A stretch of DNA of 63,211 nt, the filler included, from Phoronis australis (Eukaryota; Animalia; Phoronida): the NCBI GenBank assembly GCA_002633005.1. It is 11 parts of 11 records of this genome, joined end to end, with 100 filler letters (N's around TTAATTAATTAA, not from the genome) between each part and the next. Parts side by side here need not be neighbours in the genome. Positions count along the whole stretch, not along the records: positions 24,275 to 38,757 come from NMRA01000888.1; positions 38,858 to 41,545 come from NMRA01003494.1; positions 41,646 to 43,656 come from NMRA01003898.1; positions 43,757 to 46,901 come from NMRA01003190.1; positions 47,002 to 49,247 come from NMRA01002025.1; 6 more parts are not named here. One strand, given 5' to 3'. Shown one piece after another: positions 36,662 through 49,155 of this stretch. Each line of letters starts with the position of its first letter. Positions within the stretch are counted from its first letter, which is position 1. A program made the translations under genes and the position numbers. The notes under the pieces were generated by a model. It was not told where the DNA came from, did no database searches, and was given only the letters and a program-made list of their open reading frames with translations.

Positions 36662-36765
36662 TTGCACGACTGTAGGTAAGTAGATATGGCCGATTCCATA
36701 TAATGGTGCGGGCACTGCCTCTGTGTATTGGCTCCTTGCATGAATACCGACAAGCACGCCATCTC
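36662..36765 (-). CDS. TRAPPC8: TRAPPC8 internal exon (EMACLSVFMQGANTQRQCPHHYMESAISTYLQSCK)
   Basis: CCTTCCAG acceptor, GTGAGT donor, phase-2 end fits the next exon; resembles EMAA.S.F.Q....R..P.HYM..AI.TY...CK. Confidence 0.9.
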
Positions 36766-37844
36766 CTGGAAGGCAAGGAAACAGCTGGTGTAATATTGTT
36801 CAGTGACGTCTGCTTTGTTCTACAGCAGGGCGTTGTAACTGTCAGTTAATTGTAATTTATTCATAACAAGTGAATACTCAGACTGTTGAACTTGCAGGCT
36901 AATTCCTTATCTATGTAATTGCTAGGCCAAATTAGTTAGAAATACAACCTACAGCGATGATGTGAATATGAAGAGGGTTGAAAATTGCCAATTGTTTTCA
37001 AGAACGAGTTTTGTGGTAACAATGACCTGCCGAAAATCCCTAAACAGTGTTTAGTAAGTACGGTGACAAGGTGCTGGGGAATAACACTGCATGATGCAGG
37101 CTACGTGAGCCCCAAGGTACCTCATTAGGGAGAAGGACACCTATTGGCAGAATTTATGTTTTCACATTTACAAGTTGTCAATGAATACAGCTGCACTTTG
37201 TTTAGCATAGATGATGTTTGAATAGCATTGTGGTTTAGTTCCTGCTGTACATTAGCTTAGTTAGAAGCATGCAAATACATCTTTAAAGCTGAACAAATTT
37301 TCAAAATAAGGGCATAAAATTTCAAAGAATTTCCAGCAGAAAACCCACGAGCACTATTGTTTATGACATTTCCATGGTAACCATTAATATTTGCTATTAT
37401 GTGGCTACACAAATTAAAGTTATACATTAACAAGATCGACGCTGATCGTTGAAATGCCTCCCTAACGGAAGACTTCTAGAGGTGTTTATAAGTATCATAA
37501 GTATCATTAGATGGTGCAGAATATGTCGAACCTGTCCGAAAAAGGGAAGGCGTCATCATCCCTCGAAGAGAAAAATTATTTGGTAAATTTCTTGAAAATC
37601 CATCAAAGAACCCCAAGTATTACAGAGATAAAATTGAAAAAGCAAATTGCCATTATGAGCCGAAGAGGTAGTCCAATAAACAGCAAGAATCCTGCAAAGG
37701 GTTAAGGACACACAACTGTGGACACATAAAAACACCATCATGTCCTTAATAGAAACCTATTTGCTGAATTTCATAAAAATATGTCAATAAACATTGAAGA
37801 TACAGAGGCAAATTTGCCACTGGGAGGGACAGCGGTATTTGGAT

Positions 37845-37915
37845 TACCGTATTCGCCGTATTAACCGCCCAGGGCGCTTAGAAAAGTTCGGTTCAGGGGG
37901 GGCGCTTATTATAAC
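37845..37915 (+). mobile_element. Left end of a Tc1/mariner-like (TACCGTA) MITE; a related right end near 39055-39430
   Basis: TACCGTATTCGCCGTATTAACCGCCCAGGGCGCTTA...GGGGCGCTTATT; ATAAGCCCAC / GTGGGCTTAT motifs in the next segment. Confidence 0.4.
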
Positions 37916-37996
37916 CCAAGGTGGTTGAAACCCGGTCTCCGAAACGGGTGAAATCGGAAGCTAAGATTCATCAAATTTACGCTCTGTGACGCATGT

Positions 37997-38173
37997 AAAT
38001 GTGACAGTTTGTGCACTCTCAAATTGTGACAGTTTGTGCACTCTCAAATTGTGACAGTTTGTGCACAATCAAATTATGACAGTTTGTGCACAATCAAATT
38101 GTGACAGTTTGTGCACAATCAAATTGTGACAGTTTGTGCACAATCAAATTGTGACAGTTTGTGCACACTCAAA
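37997..38173. repeat. Minisatellite, 25-bp unit x7
   Basis: AAATTGTGACAGTTTGTGCACAATC repeated. Confidence 0.95.
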
Positions 38174-41100
38174 GCACAAAATGTCAAGTTTTTATCGTGG
38201 CAATTTACGGTGTGTGGAGTTAAAAAACTATTGTAACCATCAAATTGTGAATTATCGTAATTTGAAAAAGAATGCTTTTATATTGCATGAATAAATGCAA
38301 TTGATAGATGACAAAGCCATAATCTTTTGTTTCCTATATGTCGGCGTTGAGTGTCAGTGTCAACATTTTTACACCAACTTCCATGTTTCTATAACTAAGT
38401 CGACCACCTAACATTGTAGTTCCCACTAATCACAAGACATTGTCTACCATTGGACACTCTTGTCTCATCACACTTGGCTTGCATGGCAAAAGATGCCCAA
38501 TTTTTTCCACTTAGCTACCTAGAGTTTCTCCACTCCCCCCGGTTGTTGGGTGCTTTCATAGGGGAAGGTGAAGGGTAGGCAGGTCCATCCATGCTACGGG
38601 AGTGAATATTTGCATACTGATACTGCACCCAGCTGTGTTTCAATTATATTGAAAAAATCTACGAAGGTCAGCACATACCGTCGAAATTTGGGTTACGACA
38701 GTCTATGCAACCTCACAAACCACAAGCGTCAGCACAAAATGTCGGAATTTGAAAATTNNNNNNNNNNNNNNNNNNNNNNNNNNNNNNNNNNNNNNNNNNN
38801 NTTAATTAATTAANNNNNNNNNNNNNNNNNNNNNNNNNNNNNNNNNNNNNNNNNNNNTTGGTTCATGAGTTAATTCTATGTTTCAGTCCATCCAGTCAAC
38901 AAAACGATTGCTCAATGAGTATAATATCTTACATTTTGTAAACTAAGTACTGCCAATGTCGAGGGTACTTCATAGTACAACTGACTGCATACATTGGCTC
39001 TAACTCTGACAATTCAAATGCTCTCATCTTTACATATTGTATCCACCCTCGTACAGTATAAGCCCACTCCCAACTTTTTATTTTTTTAGCGTATAAACCC
39101 ACACACTCGGGCATAAGCTCACCCTCTTACACCCCGGCTCACATCAATTCACCTATACTTCTCTTGTTTGCACCCTGTCGCTCGACAGGTATGCTCACGT
39201 AAAACCACCTCAGAAAACGGACTCCAAAACGTGTGTTAATTGCAAGCACATATCATGCAAAGCTTGATTCACATCCTAGGTCATCGGATACAGTGCGTCA
39301 CTGCATGTAATGTAAAGACCCATGAGCTTAGGCACAAATGTTCAGTACAAGCCTATAAGTATAAGCCTATCCAAATTTTTTCAAGCTCCCAAATTACAAG
39401 ACTGTGGGCTTATACCCAGAATGATATGGTTACAAAACCAACTGAACCAAATTACTCACCGAAATGCAGATTCTATTGTGTGATGGGGTATTTTCGGAGC
39501 TACTTGCAGGAATGCCTTTTTTAAATCTTCAACTGTTAAAAATCCACGGTCTGTGAAAAAAGAGTTTTAATCACTAAAATGATAGAATACTGTTATTCAT
39601 GCTCCCAAAAAACTTGACTACTTGCCAACTACTATTTGGAAGTGAGTCACTAACAAAAACAGAAAATTGCCACAATGATGCCACTGATGAATCTAAGATG
39701 TCACAAGGGAAGCAATTTCCAAAGGAAAATTGTTTCCAGCAGCCCTAAAAATGAAACCCTGACATCGATTTTTATGGATGGGTCTGGATAGGGGGCCCAA
39801 ACCCGCTGCCCCCTTCAATCCATCCTTGAATACATTCAGTACAATTCAAAAAGTTGTACAAATGAACTTGTCAGCATGTAGGCAAATGGGCTAAGCGTAA
39901 AATGATCATTACAGAACTGGCAGAATTCACCACGATATTTATTCTGACAACTTACAGCCCCTGAACTAAATTTGTGCATTGAACTAAACATTTTTATTGA
40001 CATTTGAAATTTTAATATTTGGCATCAATCTTACCTATTTTCATGATATATTGATAGTTATTAAGTTTAATTTCCAACCCAATATTCAGCTGCAGAATCG
40101 GGCTTTTGCCATTTCGTATACTGTGTAAGGGCCTTCGGCATTTGCTTTAAAGATGCTATGTCTCATTAATACCGTGAATATTCACACTTGTTTTCAAATG
40201 TACATTATCAGTTGTGGTGTTTTCTATAAAAATTGCAATTTATTTTCAAATTGTTTCTTTTCCTGATTATACTTGAACACACAGTTCTACAGGAAGTCAC
40301 TAGGTGGCGCTTGCTGCAAATTTGAATATTCACGGTTTTAATGAGGCATAGCATCTTTAATTTGCAGTTTGTCAGAAGGAAAGCATCACATACTCTTGTC
40401 TGAGAACAAAGATTGAGCACCTAATGTGACCAATTGGCTGGAAGAATAATAACTATCACATGAGCAGCGCACCATGGGGGGCTGGGCAGCTGTAGTCTCC
40501 CCCATTTTTTCAGTGCTGCGCTGCCCATGTATTACTTTCAACTAGAAGAGCTTTTTACACAATGAGTGCATTACTAATTTACCTTAACAAACAATGAAGC
40601 ATTAGAGCTCACTAGTTTTAACTGCAACAAAATTCTTGTAAAATAAGAAATTTTTACTTCTACATCTAACTGTTCAAGAGGCACTACTCTTGGATTTGCC
40701 TGTTATTTGACACAAGCTCCAATTGTTTTTTGGACGAAGACTAAGTGGGCAGTGATAACTTACGAGGTGGTCATTTTCATATTTTAAATGTGAATTTTCT
40801 TGACAAAACAAGCAGCAGCACTTTGTAACAGAAAGCTTTTGTGCAGATGTCCAAAGATTTTACTTAATATGGCAAAAAAAATCTACAAGCAAAATCAAGA
40901 TCAGTGCCTAGGGCAAGCTGCTGGCCTGTGTTGTCCTGTCTTACATTGTGAATCAAATGTCAGAAACATCTGCCGAATCTCTTCACAGCTGTCTTTGGCA
41001 GACATCTTTGATGACATCAACTTGGTAAATGTTTCCATAGACATACCTACAAATAAAACAGTATTTCCATAGTCATACACATGTGGTTAACTCTCTTCCA

Positions 41101-41645
41101 GATTTTGTCATGGTCAAGTACTGAGCAGCATAAAGACCACTTAGCCAAAATGTTGGACCATTCTTGACAAATCATCAAGTAACTGCAGTTAGTCCACACA
41201 ACGTCATGATTATTACAAATGTAAACACATTGTGTGGATACTTGGCCAGGACCTGCTTCGTGAAACTGTCTTATGACAAGACCAAAATTTGTCCTCAGGA
41301 TCCCATTTCACAACTGCTGAAAAATGGTTTAGCCAAGTAATTACGAGCACACCAGTTTAGAAACAACTTTATAGCAGTTATGTGTCTATTTTCAGAAACT
41401 TTGCACTTTTTCTCAAGTGAGATTTAATTATTTTTCAGAAACAGTTGTGTGGAGTGCAAGGCCAAATTTCAGTGTTAGTAAGACTTAAGTCACTTTTTAT
41501 GAAACAGATGTCTTATTTCAGATGAACGATTGTCTCACAGAACCTNNNNNNNNNNNNNNNNNNNNNNNNNNNNNNNNNNNNNNNNNNNNTTAATTAATTA
41601 ANNNNNNNNNNNNNNNNNNNNNNNNNNNNNNNNNNNNNNNNNNNN

Positions 41646-41710
41646 CTGTAGCACATGTCAATGATTGTGTCCTTGACGTCACGAGACTTGATCTTCAGAA
41701 CATGCTTCAT
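41646..41710 (-). CDS. Probable exon of an unidentified gene (MKHVLKIKSRDVKDTIIDMCY..., truncated by linker)
   Basis: Acceptor TTCTTGATTTGCCATTTTAG, open frame, phase 0 matching the upstream exon at 43212-43369. Confidence 0.5.
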
Positions 41711-42044
41711 CTAAAATGGCAAATCAAGAAAGCATGATCAAACAGTGGTCATTTTAAGTAAGGATGGACACACATGAAGAGATACAAGCTTAGCCCGTTG
41801 TTTCAAGTGAAAGTTAGCTATTCCCAGAGCCACCCACATGCTCAGGTAAATATGTGTTGGACTGGTTCATTCAACTGCCTTATTTTCACTCTTTTTAATT
41901 GGACAAAAGGGCGTATTTACTGAGTAACCCGTTCATAATGCAATCACGTCTAAAAAGTAAATATGATGTTGCACGAGGTAATGGTTAAATTTCATTGGCC
42001 AGCAAAGTCAATGAACCAAGTACTCCGACAGCTTACGTCACCTA

Positions 42045-42178
42045 CCCAACATGAGGACACACTCCCAGCCTGAGAAAACCCACCCACTGTGAGGACACCC
42101 GCCCACTGTGAGGACACCCGCCCACTGTGAGGACACCCGTCCACTGTGAGGACACCCGCCCACACCGTCAGGACACCA
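42045..42178. repeat. Minisatellite, 19-bp unit x ~7
   Basis: CCCACTGTGAGGACACCCG repeated. Confidence 0.92.
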
Positions 42179-42906
42179 GAGGCCAGTTGAATAAAACTGT
42201 CCAATCTTTATCATGAGGTTCTCTTTGGCTGTTTTTCTGCATTTTCTAATAATAGATCTAAAAAATGATCCCTTAATTCAATCAAAATAGTTTGTGACTT
42301 AGTTCTTAAATTTGGAGCGTTGCATGAAATTATCCCTACTTACTTTCAACAATGTTGAGAATTCAACGTAGAGTTCACTCTCAATTTGTATCAAAGCCAA
42401 AATCTGCTACGTTTAAGAAAGGACAATCAGTGTTTTCACAAGCCCACAAATACGCAGTAGATTTAGAGAACTTAGTAAGAGTCCCTATTTGATGCAACCC
42501 TGCATTGCCCGCTGCCAGGATTTGTGGCTCGTGAGGAAAGAAATCAGAGATTCGCTTTGCCACCCTGCAAGGATAAATCCTCAGAATTCATTGAGTGCAG
42601 ACATGAACCTTGCATTTGAGCCAGTGAGCGGGAGCTCAGAGCTCTTCATCGTCTACACCTCCTTAGTGTGACACAGAATTTAGAGATTTTGTAAAGCATT
42701 GTACAAGATTGGTGTATAACACATCGTTGACCAGAATTTTCCAGCTAGATTTTCCAACTACCCGTTGTTGTACAGATACTGTTCCCAAAAAACAGAAAGG
42801 CAGTAGTTAAACAGCCAAGAAAAAAATATGAAGACAGGTAGATAATTTGTTGAGCAATGTTCAACAATTACAATCTGACAACGAAGTAATACAGTGGCAA
42901 CTTTCT

Positions 42907-43190
42907 AAATCACTGAGATTCTGTGGCTACCAAACTGAACAGTTCAAAGCAGTTTCCAAATCACTGAGATTCTGTGGCTACCAAACTGAACAGTTCAAAG
43001 CAGTTTCCAAATCAATGAGATTCTGTGGGGACCAAACTGAACAGTTCAAAGCAGTTTCCAAATCANACAGTTCAAAGCAGTTTCCAAATCACTGAGAATC
43101 TGTGGCTACCAAACTGAACAGTTCAAAGCAGTTTCCAAATCAATGAGATTCTGTGGCTACCAAACTGAACAGTTCAAAGCAGTTTCCAAA
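42907..43190. repeat. Minisatellite, 51-bp unit x ~5.5 (single N inside)
   Basis: AAATCACTGAGATTCTGTGGCTACCAAACTGAACAGTTCAAAGCAGTTTCC repeated. Confidence 0.95.
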
Positions 43191-43211
43191 ACAGATAACT
43201 AGTATATTCAC

Positions 43212-43369
43212 AATTTGCTCAAGTTTATGACACTCTGGGACACATACACGTTTGTTTTCCACACGGACCACTTTGCCGACCATAGGAAGAGTCTGTTTGA
43301 CTGTCTTATCAAAGAGGCCGTAGAGCCACAGCCCAAAGTAAGGAGCATTTGTTGTTGGTACGTTGTAAC
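43212..43369 (-). CDS. Probable exon of an unidentified gene (YNVPTTNAPYFGLWLYGLFDKTVKQTLPMVGKVVRVENKRVCVPECHKLEQI)
   Basis: Strong acceptor TGTCTTCTCTTCTCACAG, open frame, two possible phase-0 donors (GTATGT after ENKR, GTGAAT at 43211). Confidence 0.6.
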
Positions 43370-43954
43370 CTGTGAGAAGAGAAGACAACCTTATTGACTG
43401 CTTACAAAAGACAAGGTCACCCACAAAACTAACACCATCTGAATCTGCTGATCATGTGTTTAACCAAAAGTGTAATTTGCAAAGTACCCAAGGCCGTACT
43501 TATTAGAAACGCGGCCCATTTCACAGCACCTTGTACTTCATCAACTGATTTGTCAGTACAGAAACGTAGTTGTCAAGAAACCTGTTAATCAGGAACGTTG
43601 ATCTAGATCATATGGAATGCCGATCTAGGTCATTAGAAATGCTGATCTAGGTCATTNNNNNNNNNNNNNNNNNNNNNNNNNNNNNNNNNNNNNNNNNNNN
43701 TTAATTAATTAANNNNNNNNNNNNNNNNNNNNNNNNNNNNNNNNNNNNNNNNNNNNACTTACACAAGCATGGTGAGAGGCGAGCGACTGTGTCCCTGACA
43801 GATGTTTGCAACCAAATTAAGATTTTTTGCCCGTAGACGAGGAGAAAGAAGGGACGGTCGGGAATGAAGTAAAGATAAAAGAAATACAGATTTTTGAATT
43901 TAATTGCGAACTGGTACACGTACATGTATGTATGCATCCTTGTTTTTCGATTGT

Positions 43955-44196
43955 GTCCGTTTCATGAAACCTGGCTTACGACGTAAGACAGAAATTTGGT
44001 CACAATTGCTGCATATATGTTTAACCAAGTAATTTTGGACCGCATCACAGGCTAGAAATAATGGATGAAAACATTCAAAGAGACTTTTTACTTTTGCTTT
44101 TGTCAGATTTAATTACTATTTAGAAATAAAAATAACTGGATGGACCGTAAGTTCTGTCGTAAGTCTCCAGTCGCTTTTCATGAAATAGTTCTCTGA
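43955..44196. mobile_element. Degenerate Harbinger-like MITE (related remnants at ~41245-41510)
   Basis: GTTTCATGAAAC..GGCTTACGAC / GTCGTAAGTC...TTTCATGAAAT inverted ends. Confidence 0.45.
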
Positions 44197-45010
44197 TTCT
44201 TCGTACCGTACTTGCCGGATCTGCAAATGACTCAGTATCATTTTTGCACGCGCGATTGAGCCCTGAGAGACCACGGTTGTTTCCTTTTAGTCGAATTTTA
44301 GTCGAAAATGGGAGTTATGAAAGCCATGTGTAATCAGTTATCTCGACAAAATGCGTCTGACAAACAAAGCGATTAGTCTGAAAATGCCAAGAAACAGTTG
44401 TGTACATGTAGTTCATGTTCTCTGTTTCCGCAGTTCATGATTTAGTACATTTCCGGTGAGATGAGCAAACTCAAATTATAATGTTAAAATCAGCGCATAG
44501 GTAAGCAACGGCATTTGTTTAGTCGACGTTTCGATTTATTATCACAAAACCTTTCGCAAAACAAGCGTTCTTCACAATACTCCAGTCGGGTAACACAGGG
44601 CAGTATGCACAGGTATAGATGTACATGTACATGTACATGTACGTTACTATGCATTGTGAGGAAAGAGGCCAGAAATGGTAGTGGGTCAGCCACAAATTGC
44701 ATCAACGTTTGAATGTGTCCCAACTTGTTGTAAACATACTGGTTTACGCTTAACATGAGTTTAGTGCAGTGATCGCCATATGCTGGCATGGACCAAGTGC
44801 AATGTTACGTAGAAAATAAGATACCAGCTTGCATTTATGGCGGACATTATTCATTCTTGGAACGGGAACAGTAAGTTCAATCCCATACATGTAATTCAGG
44901 ATTTCAATCCTATCGAAACCTAGCAGACCAATCACTTTTGTGACCATTTTCCCAGCACAAGCCTGTAACCTTCTGAGCATATATTTATAATATAAATATA
45001 AATATATATA

Positions 45011-46040
45011 TAGATTATTACATGGCGAAGTCGTTATCACCCGTTATCTAGAGTCCGAGTGGATTTTGGAGAATTATCGCCCGAGGGGCGTCAGCCCCGA
45101 GGGTGATAATTCTCCAAAATCCACGAGGGCTCTAGATAAGGGGGATAACGGCTGAGAACATGTAATAATCTATTTATACCCCATACTAAACGAGAAACAT
45201 TGCAATGAATCGATTTACCTTTTCTGACTCTCCACGGCTTTGTAACTACTTTCTATGTCAGAGGCCGGGGTCGGAGGTCGTGACCTTTTAAGAAAAGCCC
45301 AGTTATTTTTGTCAAATATTGCTTTTACTCAAAACCAATTGAAAACTTAAATATTATAGAAATAAATTGAATTTATAAATAAGGTTTACCAACTATTATA
45401 GCTTAAAACACGTTTTCTTCACGCTAAGCTTCGACCGGGAAATTATCGTCTGCTAAAGTAGGTTACCACTGGTNNNNNNNNNNNNNNNNNNNNNNNNNNN
45501 NNNNNNNNNNNNNNNNNNNNNNNNNNNNNNNNNNNNNNNNNNNNNNNNNNNNNNNNNNNNNNNNNNNNNNNNNNNNNNNNNNNNNNNNNNNNNNNNNNNN
45601 NNNNNNNNNNNNNNNNNNNNNNNNNNNNNNNNNNNNNNNNNNNNNNNNNNNNNNNNNNNNNNNNNNNNNNNNNATACCCGCATTCAAACTAGAGATCGGT
45701 GATTTACAAGTAAGAAGACATGAGAGAAAAATTTCACAGAATTAAGATATCATTTTTATGGAAATTATGTGTCTTATTTTCCGTAATGTGTAAGCACAGT
45801 GCAATGCGGTTTGTTGAACGTGCGATTATTGCGCGTGCTCATTTAAGTATTCTATTTTCACTCTTGATGACGTCAGTCGCTGCGTGGTGTAGTGGTAAAG
45901 TCGGCGACCACCAATATTAGGGTCCCGGGTTCGACCCCGTCCTCGGTTTCCCGCCAAATCGTTATCTCACTAGTGAGATAACTTCATGGGTTATTACACG
46001 GTTGTATCTGCCATTTGACGCTAATATGGTGGTATAAATA
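45011..46040 (+). mobile_element. Hairpin-ended non-coding repeat, copy B (most complete; in a TA-rich microsatellite; contains an N gap)
   Basis: ~163-bp imperfect palindrome 45011-45173 centred on CCCGAGGGGCGTCAGCCCCGAGGG; TGACGTCA + tRNA-like 45868-45947; perfect palindrome GTTATCTCACTAGTGAGATAAC 45961-45982; TA-rich flanks. Confidence 0.88.
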
Positions 46041-46265
46041 CATATATACATGTATATATATAAATATAAATATAAATATAAATATAAATATATATATATA
46101 TACACATGTATTTATATTTATATTTATATTTATAATTATATATATATATATATTCATATAAGGTCTTTCCTGATTTTGCTTTTTCTCAAGAACCTCTTGT
46201 TACGAGTGTTAACAAACTCAAACTATGTGGATGTGCAAATATTAAACAAACCTTTTTATATGTTG

Positions 46266-46330
46266 TCCGCTCGCCACCTGTTGTCCACACTTATTAGGTC
46301 ACGTGACGTACCCAACAGGTGGCGTGCGGA
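46266..46330. repeat. Short hairpin / micro-MITE
   Basis: TCCGCTCGCCACCTGTTG / CAACAGGTGGCGTGCGGA (17/18 inverted match). Confidence 0.6.
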
Positions 46331-47723
46331 ACAAACTTGAAAATATTTTGATAACTGTCTATCATTTTCATTCGTCAGGCAAGTCGATTCCTGCATGGCA
46401 AAAACCTAAAGGGACCAGTTCCTGAAATAACCTGGAAAAGTGAGTTTTTATATTCATTATATTGGTGCAGGGTTTCGGATTACAGTTGCACATGTGAGTA
46501 GAGAAAAAGGTTAAAAATTAATCGATTTGGCCGGATTTCAATTTCACGCCAGGCGAGATGCATCCGTTACAACGAGCCGAATGTATAATATTTATACTTG
46601 AAAACGGATTAGAAAATATTTTTTACCTTTCCCGTTCTATTCTCATAAGAAAATGAGATGGGTGGCTATTACATGTAGTCTGTGCTAGAGTACATTGTAG
46701 TTTACCTCAATAACTGGCACACTTTGGTTTGCACTTGATGACACCAGCAATTCAAATCCGAACTCATAATGTCAGGATTTTACTCAAGTGTTTTCTTAAA
46801 TCTATGGATAATCAAGTTCCAGCTTAAACGACATGTAAATAGTCATCTGCCTAAGTCACAGCTGTACCGAGTCACTGGCAGATTTACATTGACAACGTTT
46901 ANNNNNNNNNNNNNNNNNNNNNNNNNNNNNNNNNNNNNNNNNNNNTTAATTAATTAANNNNNNNNNNNNNNNNNNNNNNNNNNNNNNNNNNNNNNNNNNN
47001 NTGTGTGTGGGGTAGTCTGACTTGTGTGCATCAAATTAGATGTGGAACTCAACACCTTGGAAACCAAGTCCCTTACAGGGTACACCGAATACAAACCACC
47101 TTCTTGGACAGTTTAAAAACCTGTTGACAGCCGTCATATTTCATTACTGCCATCTTTTTACTGATAAAATATAAGTGCTACTCTATCAGGGATTGTTGTT
47201 CCTTTATACTTTAGTGTCATATTGACCTTGGGGTGATCTGATTTGACTAAATCAGTCAGGTGACAGTCAGAAATGAATAAAACAAGTTCTATACACCCTC
47301 TGTGGACAATTGTAACAAATTAGGCCATTATTGTCCCTGTAACTGGTACCCTGTGAGTTTTCCATTGTAGGTAGCCGTGAATCATTGTACAGGAATTTTG
47401 AGCTTGTTGATTTGCTGAATTGGATTTGTCATTTCCAGTGTTACTTTTTTGTAGTCATGCTGTTGTAACTCATTTCCAAATTTGTTCATGAGATTAGTGA
47501 TTTAAGGGGAAACCAACCATTGTTACAGTTTTTATCTAGTCAATGTAAATTTTTTGGTTTCCCTAGATACATTTCCAAAATTATGTTGAATTTTCTCAGG
47601 TACTGTTAATCGTGCGTCATTAACATTAAGGGCATGATTTATTCCTTGTGCCATCTTTGTGTACTGTGTGTTTGATCTTGGATGTGTTGTGTACATCAAC
47701 CTTGGGTTCAGTCTTATTCGGTT

Positions 47724-47850
47724 GGCCTGAATATAGTTGTGTACCAGGATGCAAGCATCTTGAGTTCTTGAAGAACCACGGACTTCCATTTCACAAATTT
47801 CCATTGGATATTGGGGCTGTCAGAGTTATCTCGCTCTTGTCAAGAATGCA
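47724..47850 (+). pseudogene. THAP zinc-finger remnant
   Basis: PEYSCVPGCK.......GLPFHKFPLD then, after a frameshift, YLALVKN (compare WLAVVKN at 7.3 kb). Confidence 0.6.
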
Positions 47851-49045
47851 GCGATGCCTGTTCCCTTCACGACACTGTTAAAGTAGTACAAAGCTACCAC
47901 GTGAACAGCAAACATTTCTTACTGTTGGATTAGGAAAGGGACATGTGTGGAGATATCAGGAAGTTACCTGCTGAATTTTCACTGCAGTGTTGGAGTTAGC
48001 AACAGCAGAGCTTTGCCATGTACATGGTTGATGTTTTTATCATAGTTGAGTCCAGGCAGTTACTGTCCATTACATATCTAACACCCACTAAATAGGGATG
48101 AATACTATTTATTAACTGCGTTATAGTTCAATCTAAGATTGTCCAGGAACACTGGTTGAGGGCAGATAATTCTGTCAAGTTTTGTAAAGTAGCAGCCAAT
48201 CAACAGATGGCTGCAATCAATCGTTGCACAAGCAAAGCTTGCGGTAAAGAATCATGCTGCAAACTTCACTTTTGGAGTGACACATGCATAATTAATAAGC
48301 TTCGAGAGCATTTTATTTACTCAAAAATTTATCAGAAAACCATAGTTTAACAAAGAACGTCACTGCAAAGTTGCTGCCATGTGCACTTTAGGGTGCTGTT
48401 ATTGTAGTGTGTCTGTAATCCACATATGCAACTCTACTTAATGGTTGTTTTCCTTAGAGCTCCTTTCAAACAAGATGAATGAGTGCATGGTTGTGATGAG
48501 AGTTTAGGTGGCTACATCCTTGTACCATGCTTAACACCCATGGGGGTATAGTATGTGGCTAGAAAATATAATTATATAATTACCCATCCTTAAATGTGGA
48601 TATGGGAAAGGGTTCTTTAAATGGGACGGGTCTCCATGAAAAAAGCTGCCATTCCTTCTTTACGTGTGAGAAACTCACCTCTAGGATTGGCACATCCCGT
48701 CTGTGGAAGTACCCCCAGGCCTACTATTTATGTTACGTGCACCCCCTGATGTGTTGTGAAGGACCCCCACACTGTTACTGTTTACAAACAATATGGAGGG
48801 AAGCCATCATAACAAACCAAGGTCCAACTTGTGCTATCTGACCAAATTAACACTATCTTCAGAATTGCTCTATCTTTAAAGTTTGATAAATCTATGAGGT
48901 GTGATTTTAGTCTTGTCTGTATGATAGCAGGGAGGGAATGGATTCAGAACAATGATATGCTGGTTGGTTGACCTGGTTGACTTGGTGCACTTCTAAGTCT
49001 ACATGGTGCTCCACCAAATCAATTCAATGGAACTCTAGTTGACCA

Positions 49046-49155
49046 TGTCACTAACCACTGTGTAAGGGACTGGATCACTATGTCTCTAACCAGGGTGTAA
49101 GGGACTGGATCACCCTGTCTCTAACCAGGGTGTAAGGGATGGGACGGGTCACCCC
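49046..49155. repeat. Minisatellite, 35-bp unit x3
   Basis: TGTCTCTAACCAGGGTGTAAGGGACTGGATCAC repeated. Confidence 0.85.

Noticed and set aside
37997-43190. CRISPR-like appearance of short tandem arrays (25, 19 and 51 bp units)
   Set aside because: Head-to-tail repeats without unique spacers, no cas genes, eukaryotic context.
43763-43794. Possible 32-nt first coding exon on the minus strand (CAG|...CACCATGCTTGT|GTAAGT)
   Set aside because: Splice signals and start context are plausible, but it is too short and at a contig edge to support.
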